Shown here in pieces: positions 1-7,471 of a stretch of DNA of 7,471 bases. Each line of letters starts with the position of its first letter. Within the stretch, counting starts at the first letter, position 1. This DNA comes from Amoeboradix gromovi X-113 (lineage: Eukaryota > Fungi > Sanchytriomycota): NCBI GenBank assembly GCA_018985225.1, contig JADGIF010000505.1, positions 1 through 7,471 on the forward strand, written 5' to 3'. The position numbers were made by a program, and so were the translations under genes. Under the pieces are notes generated by a model. That model did no database searches, was not told where the DNA came from, and saw only the letters and a program-made list of their open reading frames with translations.

Positions 1-103
1 CAAGTCGTAGATCTGCAAAGTGTTGAATGGTGACAAAATACCAGTACCAATAAAAAGAAGTCCTATGATATTGAGAGTTTATTTTTTGTCTTTCACTTTC
101 ACG

Positions 104-376
104 TCAACGGTCTATATCCATGACCTCCTTTTGCTCCTCGACAACATCTTCAGACCAGATTCGTTTATATTCCGCAACCTCAGTAATATCATTTAACAAA
201 ATAGAGCGGAATGGGTTGTCAATTAAATGAGGGGCACTAATTTTTGGAAGATTATTTTTAATTAGCTGGTACTTTTTCAACATTGACATTCTTTTATCTT
301 CAACCGGTTTGTGTAGTTCTCTTCGCATTATCGATTTATTTTTTCTTCTGCTTTTACTTCGAATTGACTTTGCCAT
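104..376 (-). CDS. Small basic protein, DUF2423 (yeast YBL028C) / LLPH-like family, probably nucleolar/pre-60S associated
   Basis: The N-terminus MAKSIRSKSRRKNKSIMRRELHKPVEDKRM fits the family pattern MAKS(L/I)RSK..R.....R...PVE..R, and there is an acidic 'MDID' near the C-terminus. CCC at 397-399 upstream and AATAAA at 78-83 downstream on the minus strand. Confidence 0.85.
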   Translation of the reverse strand: MAKSIRSKSRRKNKSIMRRELHKPVEDKRMSMLKKYQLIKNNLPKISAPHLIDNPFRSILLNDITEVAEYKRIWSEDVVEEQKEVMDIDR

Positions 377-822
377 CCTAGTTTTATCCTTAAAATGGGA
401 AAACTCAACAAAAACTAGGCAAATTCTTTACAGCAAATGTCTTGAATATACGCAAGACTCAATTAGAGATATCTTATATTTTGCCACATATAATAAGGCA
501 CTGTTTCCTTAGTTCCAATTCACCGCTAGTAAGGTCTTTTACCATTGTTCAGTTTCATTCTCAGACATAAACATCTTTGTTTAATGCAAACACATCGCAA
601 TTCAAGAATACGTCGCCTTTAGTTCACTGGCGCAGGCTGGACTTCTGCGACTTCTATCAATGGTTTAGTAGTAGAGCGGTGCTTTGATAGAACTTACCCA
701 TCATAGTTTCATAACTTTTGGTAAATGTTTTCGGTAACTAATAACTCTCTCAGTATACTTTTTACTGAGCTTGTTTCCCAGAAATTCTAAGTTGCGTCCT
801 AATTTTTGTAAAAGTAAGAAAT

Positions 823-1053
823 TTATTGCATCATTCGGATTTTAGAACAAGGCTCCTCTATAAATTCTATTGCGTCTGAATTCTGAGAAACAGCCGCGAG
901 TTGCACAGCTTCTGTTGGGTTATTGATGAATCTGATTGCATTCCCATTCTGATTAACGGCTGCTAACTGTACGGCTTCGTCTGGATTGTTAATGTGCCTA
1001 ATTAAGTTCCCATCATTTCCAACGATTGTAAGTTGCGTTAAAAAGTCATTCAT
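823..1053 (-). CDS. 76-aa protein made of ~2.5 copies of a 22-aa repeat (DUF4116-like)
   Basis: Repeats: DGNLIRHINNPDEAVQLAAVNQ / NGNAIRFINNPTEAVQLAAVSQ / NSDAIEFIEEP. Many differences between units are synonymous. CCC at 1071-1073 upstream, and AATAAA overlaps the stop. Confidence 0.8.
   Translation of the reverse strand: MNDFLTQLTIVGNDGNLIRHINNPDEAVQLAAVNQNGNAIRFINNPTEAVQLAAVSQNSDAIEFIEEPCSKIRMMQ
850..1014 (-). repeat. Coding tandem repeat with a 66-bp unit (949-1014, 883-948, partial 850-882)
   Basis: The two full units align without gaps at 66-bp spacing. Confidence 0.9.
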
Positions 1054-1948
1054 TCAAGGAGAATTCAGATGGGATACGCTTTTCCAAAAGCATAACGGAA
1101 GGGAGTTGAGGCATATTACAGAAAAAGAAATATCTAACAATGTGCTCAATTTCCAATAGGAAAGTACTGAAAACTGGATCTTTTTAGTAGAGCAGCCTAA
1201 GAAAGCGAAGTAAATATATTAGCGCTATGCGGTTAAGCGTTACTGGAATCAAGAGCGTTTTACATTATAGTATTAAAATTCATCATCTCTTTACTTAAGA
1301 AGTCCCATGATTAAGCAAGCTTTAAAATAATACAATTTTGAATTACTTGGCTTGAGAATTATTTTATTAAATCTTGGTAAGCTAATTAACTTTATTTGTT
1401 ATTGATGGAATAATTTATATTTCCACTGTCTTTTCTTTTCACCATCTCATGCAATGCGTAAAAAAGAATGTTCCGCAATAAAAACGACCAACATGGTCCT
1501 TAGATGGTGTTCAAACTACAATAACTAGCTCTTGAGCCTTCCTAACAGTCCTCAAGAGAAGTCTGGCTTTTATTCTTCGCGCAGCTGTGGACATGGATAC
1601 AATATCGACCATCTACAGGGAAGATGAGAATCCATATATTAACCATCACCACAATTTCACAAGTCTGCATCCTGCCCGAAGGCCAAGAGCGAGATAAAAC
1701 GAGAACTAATTGACAAGCTGTTCAACTGATCAAAGGATTCCAAACTGTGCTAAGTTGCCCTAATATATATCCAACGTGTACTAGAAATGCTGTAACTGCT
1801 AATAAAGCACTATGGCAGAGGAAGAAAGAAAACAAGGCGTGACAAAGACTAATGATATTGTAGGTCACGGCAGTAACGGCAGTCTATAGGTGTAATGAGT
1901 AGCAAATCCGCTTGTTCCTGCTGAACAGGAGCTCAGTAGGGAATGACT

Positions 1949-2522
1949 AAACTCGGGCTTGTCAATTTTTTGTTGCTGGTAATTAGGAGCTTGCATGACT
2001 GCCGCCTTTCAGCTTATGAAATGCTTCTTGACATTCATTCGACCATTGGAATCCTGTATTCTTCCGTATCAGCTTGCACAATGGATTGGAATATGCGCAA
2101 ACAGATATAAAAAGTTGCGATAGTATGATGCCATGCCAAGGAATCGTCTAGCACCGGACACAGCAGTCGGTGATCGCGTATCTTTGATAGCACTCACCTT
2201 TGCATGGTCCACTTCGATACCCTTATCACTGACAACATGGCCAAGGTAGTTAGTGCTTTGCATTCCAATGCTGCACTTCTTTGCTCTTAGCTTGAGAATT
2301 GAACTCGTAAGCTTCATGAATATAACGTTTACAACTTGAAGTAGTTGCTCAACACTAATTGTATAAATGAGTGTATCATCAAGATGATCAGCACGTTAGA
2401 CGTGTTGCCAACTAGTCTGTCCACCATTCCTTGGAATGTGGCAGGTGCAGTCTTCAGTCCAAAGACATCACTGTAAACTTGTATAGATCCAATGGAGTCA
2501 CAAATGCTGTCTTCTCAACATC
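1949..2522 (-). mobile_element. Degenerate Ty3/Gypsy LTR-retrotransposon pol fragment (RT palm/thumb and connection; pseudogene)
   Basis: Joined across ~4 frameshifts it reads DVEKTAFVTPLDLYKFTVM/FGLKTAPATFQGMVDRLV../HLDDTLIY..LKLRAKKC..YLGHVVSDKGIEVDHAKVSAIKD..RRFLGMASYYRNF../NPLCKLIRKNTGFQWSNECQEAFHKLK/AAVMQAP..DKPEF. The YxDD motif reads HLDD (2375-2386). No LTR, gag, RNase H core or integrase was recognised. Confidence 0.95.
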
Positions 2523-3022
2523 TACATTGTGAGACTGATTGCCTTTGTAAAATTTACTATTCCGCTAAATCTGTATTGAGTAGATTAAAGGAATCCCAAG
2601 TTACAATTTTATAAAGAGAGTTGTTTTAGTTTTGATGGTGATTAGAGAAAGAGACACCAAGCTTTTTTGAACGAGATATGACACGAATAATTGAGTACCG
2701 AGTGAATCATTCAGTGCATACCTGAAATTTCAAATTTCGATAATCACAATAGTAACTCACTGTTGAATCTCAAAGCATGAATGAGTTCTACAAATGTATT
2801 CTGCATTACCAGTTGTATCATATAAGCGAGGCTAGTCGAATAGGGATCCAACAATCGACTAAAACGCAATTGAGAAATTGCAGTAAAATCTGAATTTAAC
2901 AATGATGGCACTATTTACCAATATTTTGATAAAAATGATAAAACTATGTGCAAGCAGTTACCGTGACAGCAAGAATAGAATAGAGAAGGTTTTAAAATAC
3001 AAAGTTTATTGATTATAACAAG

Positions 3023-3330
3023 TTAACTAGTTAGAGGCTTTCCGTATTTCAAAATTTGATCACCAAGAGCTATTAGATTTTTCATAGCTTCCTCACTATC
3101 AGCATATATTTTACTAGTTGACTTAATCCGATCGCGAGTTAAAATAGCATTGTCAAAAAGCACACCCAAATTAAAATAATAACTACTAGAATCCTCAGAA
3201 TTCAAATCTGTCATTAAATTCTTTGCTTTTCCAAGCAATCCGAATCGATATTCTTATCTTTTAAACATGGGAAGAAAACACTCAGAGAACTAGTTGCAAG
3301 CATTCGAAACAAAACACTGGTCAATAACAT
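3023..3330 (-). other. Small unknown gene, either spliced or frameshifted; 3' part is ORF 3023-3238
   Basis: ATG at 3330 (AAAAATG, with CCCACCC at 3342-3348 upstream) gives a hydrophobic MLLTSVLFRMLATSSL, out of frame with ORF 3023-3238. That ORF is followed by AATAAA at 3005-3010. Confidence 0.5.
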
Positions 3331-3364
3331 TTTTGTAAACTGGGTGGGATACTTCTATTTATTT

Positions 3365-4411
3365 TTATTTTAACTCATTGTACACCTTTGGTGCCCGTAA
3401 AATTATAGAAATTTCGGAACAACTCCTCTGTGGTTTCAACTTGTTTGAAGTGGTTGCACAACTCAATGACAATCGCAAACATTTGAGGAAATGATATACA
3501 AAACAGCAAGGGAACATAGATATAGCACTAGCGCTGTTATTTGGAGTTAACAGAGGATATCTGCCCATGATTGCTTCTTTACGCTGTTCGTGAAAACATT
3601 AATCCTCGTAGCTGGGATAAGGTGGGCTTGTACTCAAATTATTTATGGTGTAAGCTGTATGCAAGTCATAAACAAGATTTTCCCAACTGTCGCCAATATA
3701 ATACGCGGTCCGAGCTCTCCTATTTTCTAGATTTCCCAGACTTCAATGAAATTTACACATGATTCTGAAGAGGAAGATATTCGCAGGACGGACTTTCTGT
3801 CGAGCTGAAATTTAGTTGAAGACCGAAGCTTGGGTAAACCAGTAATCTGGTTTGCATAATATTAACCAATTATGAATTTTAGACACTTTCAGTAAAAATC
3901 TCAATAAGCTGCTTACTTATCAAGAGCTCTTTATCGAAAAGATAACTAACTCAATTTTTACTGCCGGTTCCTCTGCCACAAAACAGAATAATAACTTATA
4001 TCGTGCCTGTTCTGAAGCCTACTGGTACATTTCTTCGATATTAAATTCATAAATCACACCCATACATCTGAAGTTGATGTTATTAAGATTCTCGAAAAGG
4101 GTGTTCATGAAATGGAGGTATGCATTCATCGAAATTCATCTAGTAGCCAGATGCACATTGAAGTCTTGCCACACTTTTTCGTTCTTGTATTTCAAAAAAT
4201 TAATAGCAATACTAGGTAACATACAAACCGTGCTTTGACGGCATTCTATAAGCTTGTCAATCGTTACCCCAGGATCCAATGCAAATAAAAAACAGAATAT
4301 CTACTGGCCATCATCACTTGCAAGCTTGCGGTAGGTCTTTAGTGTGTCCGAATGACAATTTGAGTAATATGGTTGATGTGTGCAATCATATCAGAGTACC
4401 TTTGGAGGCAT
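3365..4411 (-). pseudogene. Interrupted gene-like unit beginning MPPK (pseudogene or multi-intron gene), product unknown
   Basis: ATG CCT CCA AAG at 4411 is preceded by AAATTT..CCC and is in frame (349 codons) with TAA at 3365, which sits in a double AATAAA. There are about nine internal stops and a candidate 63-nt GT..CACTAAAG intron at 4399-4337. Confidence 0.4.
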
Positions 4412-4452
4412 TTGTTTCAAGGGTTTTTCAAATTTTGTTGAGCACATCTCAA
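4412..4452. promoter_or_regulatory. Candidate 41-bp bidirectional promoter
   Basis: Lies between divergent ATGs at 4411 (-) and 4453 (+). Contains GGG/CCC at 4421-4423 and palindromic AAATTT at 4430-4435. Confidence 0.45.
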
Positions 4453-6903
4453 ATGGACTACTTTGATGTTCGAGATAGAATCCTTCTCTCTAAACATCCG
4501 AGACAATTAAAAAGGTTTATTAATCCGCAACAGATACAGTTCTCTTTAGAGACTAACCCTCTTCTGTTTAGTTTGAAAGGGTATTTTGTTCTTTTAGAAT
4601 GTGCTATGAAAGTAGAAATACATTTTGTAGATGTAAATGAGAATCTGGTCTATTTGTTAAATTGCACTCATTTGCTATCTGTCCCGCAATCATTGGAATT
4701 AATACCGTGGCTACAATCTACTTCATCCTTTGCAACCAAGAAATTGATTTCTAAGATCATGTGTCACTTAAGATCTAATGTTTTCGATTTCACATACTAT
4801 GCAGTTGGTCTTTGTAAGTCCATTCTACAAAGTAATATTTCTCGTAACGATACTCATATCCTTGATATTATTCTAGCTTATATTCCCATGACAGAAGCAA
4901 TTACTAAGAGGTTGTGCGGGTTTATGTCCAATATGGATCTTCGTAATTCCATATCTAAGCTGTTGCTGAAATATTGTAATTCGGCCTTGATTTCTCAATA
5001 TTTATATTTTCACAAAATTCAGGAATATCCTGTAGCGATGCTAATAATTTCTCATGTCAAGAACCGTCTTCCATTCTATGACTATTTTAAGGATCTTTGC
5101 GTCCTTCTTGATTATAAACAGGGTTATTGTACTTTGACAATTGAGCAGATTCTTTTCTATTACTCTAATTCCGTAACCCAGCAGCAGTTACTATTTCGCG
5201 TGCTGTCAAGGTCTGATGTAGCCTTGTTTCTGCATTATATTTTTGAAAATCCTCACTACTTCATTAAATATTTTAATCCCTGCTTCAAAAACGATTTTAA
5301 AGCAATGTTGAACAATCAAAACGCTCAAGGATTTGTCAATCTAATCTATTGCTCCGCATCTGTTGAATTCAAGGTATTCTGCTGTGAATGTATCCAATTA
5401 GACCTTGCTCCAAGTACGTTGCTTGTTGACATACTGATCAAAAATTGTTTAATTTCCAATTTTACTACACTGAGATCCATTGCCTTTGCTATTCTATCAG
5501 ATGTACCACCTGAATATTACAGGACTGATGAGATACGTGGCTTATCTAACTTATGTATTGGATATCTTGATTCTCAATATCCTACCTTAAGAGAAAGCTG
5601 TATTGCTGTATTATTAGTGTTGAATTCTAAGATTGGTGTTGATAACCTGAGCAACATATTTAGGACCAATAAAATACCGCATTTTCAGTCCCCAGCGTTC
5701 GTACTGCAATGTGGTTATGAGTTAATCGAAGCTTTACAAAACTCACCGCAAACACAACTGGATGGTCTAGGCAACGAAGCTATTGAGTTGGAATCTAACG
5801 ACTGCACTGATATATCCAGAACTTGGCGGCAACTGAAGGATATTGGGTATTATATTTCACAAAACTATAAAACATTCAGACATGATTGCCACGAGTTTTA
5901 CTGCTTAATATTTACTACAGTAAGACACTACGGGATATTGGCTGAAATGCTGAATAGCTACACGAGTGTTTGCAGGCATTTTAGTCAATTAGAATTACAC
6001 TCACAATGTGTTAAGTATTTGAGCTTAATCAAAAGATCGGTTGATGTCAATAGGCTGGATGGCAAATATTCAGGTTTAGCATATCTTATATTATCACCTC
6101 TACGGGTGTTGAAGGACCCGGGCAGTATAATTAAAATCATATTGAAGAACATCAACAACCACGAAACCAATACAACGACTTTAAGTCTGATTTACAAATT
6201 TGTGAAAGACCCCAAAATAGGACAGGTCATGCTGAAATGGACGAGAGAGTTGTTAGATCTGGTGTTCAATCTAAATGGACTATTGCAGGAACGGGGTAAA
6301 TTGTTAAATGAGCTGATAAACAAAATGAAAGTTGGAGTGTTTGAGAGCATGCGAAAATACAACATACAAGACTTGCTCATAAACGCGATGAGGAGCAATG
6401 AGAACTCTCGATTGTTGGCATTAATACTCCTAGACAATGGACTCACTGGGCAGGAAAAGATCAAGAGGCAGGATTTTGAATTTAAATGGTTGCTTGACAA
6501 TATAATTGGCTGCGGCTATAGCCGAGTAGCGAAAAGTAGATGCTTAGCCGCAAGGATAACTAAAAAACTGCTTAATGTCAGCGAGTTAAAGGAAATTAAA
6601 GTTAACGGGAATTTAAACTTCAATCATTTTGTTGCGATGCTGATTAGACCCATAGACTCAGTAACTGTTAACCCCGAAAGCAATGGCAGTGCTATAGAAG
6701 CAAATGAGTACAAAATTGAACGAATAAGTTGGAACTTGTTGAAACTGAATTCTTCAGATCAAGAGGATATTGTGATGTACTACTATGAGAAAGACAAAGT
6801 AGTGGATTTGGTTTATTACCCTGTAGATTATGAGACAATATTAGAAGGAAACTATACGTTGGAATATGCAAAATACATAAAAGCAAAAGCTCAAGGTGCA
6901 TAA
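4453..6903 (+). CDS. THADA/Trm732-like HEAT/armadillo protein (DUF2428), divergent. Likely start MDYFDVR at 4453 (816 aa), although the ORF is open from 4279
   Basis: Leu-rich helical protein. Ordered motifs TWRQLKDIG (cf. WRSxKE), TVRHYG (cf. RHRGA) and GKYSGLAYLILSPL (cf. RRSAGLP...L) occur with DUF2428-like spacing at 5821-6102. AATAAA at 6914-6919. Confidence 0.75.
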   Translation: MDYFDVRDRILLSKHPRQLKRFINPQQIQFSLETNPLLFSLKGYFVLLECAMKVEIHFVDVNENLVYLLNCTHLLSVPQSLELIPWLQSTSSFATKKLISKIMCHLRSNVFDFTYYAVGLCKSILQSNISRNDTHILDIILAYIPMTEAITKRLCGFMSNMDLRNSISKLLLKYCNSALISQYLYFHKIQEYPVAMLIISHVKNRLPFYDYFKDLCVLLDYKQGYCTLTIEQILFYYSNSVTQQQLLFRVLSRSDVALFLHYIFENPHYFIKYFNPCFKNDFKAMLNNQNAQGFVNLIYCSASVEFKVFCCECIQLDLAPSTLLVDILIKNCLISNFTTLRSIAFAILSDVPPEYYRTDEIRGLSNLCIGYLDSQYPTLRESCIAVLLVLNSKIGVDNLSNIFRTNKIPHFQSPAFVLQCGYELIEALQNSPQTQLDGLGNEAIELESNDCTDISRTWRQLKDIGYYISQNYKTFRHDCHEFYCLIFTTVRHYGILAEMLNSYTSVCRHFSQLELHSQCVKYLSLIKRSVDVNRLDGKYSGLAYLILSPLRVLKDPGSIIKIILKNINNHETNTTTLSLIYKFVKDPKIGQVMLKWTRELLDLVFNLNGLLQERGKLLNELINKMKVGVFESMRKYNIQDLLINAMRSNENSRLLALILLDNGLTGQEKIKRQDFEFKWLLDNIIGCGYSRVAKSRCLAARITKKLLNVSELKEIKVNGNLNFNHFVAMLIRPIDSVTVNPESNGSAIEANEYKIERISWNLLKLNSSDQEDIVMYYYEKDKVVDLVYYPVDYETILEGNYTLEYAKYIKAKAQGA

Positions 6904-6931
6904 AGCAAAATCAAATAAAACACTTGGATCT

Positions 6932-7357
6932 TTATTTAGCCAGTTCCTTTTGAATCTGAATGTATTCCGTAGGATTCTTCTTTTTCAAATACTTTAAATT
7001 GCGGATTTGTTTAAACTCGTATTCCTGAAGTATCCGTTTCGTATTTAGGTCTTTGTGATTACTTGATAGATGCTGTTTCAGTTGATGTATCTTCACATCA
7101 AGGTTACGGATTTGAAAGGATATTTGTCCACTAGAGCCAACTACACCTTTTTGTTTAAAGATAGAAGATTCCGCGAGAGATGCAGTGTCGCTAGTTAAAA
7201 TACGCCTAATCATTTCAACTCTTTCATCTAATGTGGGGCTGCTTTTGCTTACGGTGCCTTGCTTTTTCTCGACTTGAGGTGCGTACTTTAGCACGAAATC
7301 TATTTCCCTCTTTTGTAAGTTGAACCTGTAGAATTGTCGAAAAAACAAGTGGGACAT
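6932..7357 (-). CDS. Mitochondrial-type ribosomal protein S15 (uS15m, yeast MRPS28-like), 141 aa from ATG 7357
   Basis: Bacterial-type S15 domain GSSGQISFQIRNLDVKIHQLKQHLSSNHKDLNTKRIL..RNLKYLKKKNPTEY..L. The N-terminus MSHLFFRQFYRFNLQKR is basic and acid-free, like a presequence. CCCCC at 7377-7381 upstream, and AATAAA overlaps the stop. Confidence 0.9.
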   Translation of the reverse strand: MSHLFFRQFYRFNLQKREIDFVLKYAPQVEKKQGTVSKSSPTLDERVEMIRRILTSDTASLAESSIFKQKGVVGSSGQISFQIRNLDVKIHQLKQHLSSNHKDLNTKRILQEYEFKQIRNLKYLKKKNPTEYIQIQKELAK

Positions 7358-7471
7358 TTTGTATGAATAGCAGACTGGGGGTAAAAGCGGATAATAACAA
7401 GAAAAAGATACAAACATATCAGAAGTCCAAATTCCACCAAAAAGGCACAAGATTGTGGTATGTAGATCTTA

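Noticed and set aside
1-60. Possible 3' end of a plus-strand gene (QVVDLQSVEW* then AATAAA), and GTAGATCT present near both window ends
   Set aside because: Too short to support, and the 8-mer match is compatible with chance.
309-512. 67-aa plus-strand ORF
   Set aside because: GTG start, antisense to a real gene, and no motifs.
850-1014. 66-bp periodicity similar to CRISPR spacing
   Set aside because: It is a protein-coding repeat with synonymous variation. There are no identical repeats with unique spacers and no cas genes.
2833-2881. Short inverted repeats (TAGTCGA..TCGACTA, GCAATT..AATTGC), and also AAACCAG..CTGGTTT near 3836-3853
   Set aside because: Stems of 6-7 bp are expected by chance, with no supporting context.
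3258-3266. T TTA AAA slippery heptamer on the minus strand
   Set aside because: A -1 shift there reaches TAA almost immediately.
3571-3762. 63-aa plus-strand ORF, and possible plus-strand introns further downstream (GTAAAC..TTTAG, GTATGC..CTAG)
   Set aside because: Non-ATG start, and I could not assemble a stop-free plus-strand model.
4265-4279. ALDPGV on the minus strand, resembling TnpB/Fanzor RuvC-I
   Set aside because: No recognisable RuvC-II, CxxC zinc finger or RDxNAAxNI motif follows, and no element ends were seen.
3365-4411. Alternative genetic code as the explanation for internal stops
   Set aside because: TAA, TAG and TGA all interrupt the frame, while neighbouring genes are intact in the standard code and end in TAA or TGA.
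4279-4452. First 58 codons of the 874-aa ORF
   Set aside because: They overlap the putative promoter and the divergent MPPK unit. ATG 4453 is the more plausible start, though unproven.
5985-6901. Three minus-strand ORFs (5985-6170, 6192-6500, 6692-6901)
   Set aside because: Antisense shadows of the large CDS.
7358-7450. N-terminal extension of the S15 ORF
   Set aside because: Non-ATG start in a eukaryote. ATG 7357 has good context and a presequence-like peptide.

Overview
AT-rich, gene-dense eukaryotic DNA (standard code, recognisable genes intronless), not a prokaryotic locus. It carries three recognisable housekeeping genes: a DUF2423/YBL028C/LLPH-like small basic protein, a shortened THADA/Trm732-like HEAT protein and a mitochondrial-type ribosomal protein S15. 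These flank a ~4 kb accessory zone with a short 22-aa-repeat (DUF4116-like) gene, a frameshifted Ty3/Gypsy reverse transcriptase relic, and two interrupted minus-strand gene-like units that have start and end signals but no continuous ORF. Nearly every likely start codon has a CCC/GGG run 10-32 nt upstream and nearly every stop has AATAAA nearby, resembling microsporidian signals. I cannot support a new multi-gene system here. Family calls rest on motif recognition by eye, with no database searches.
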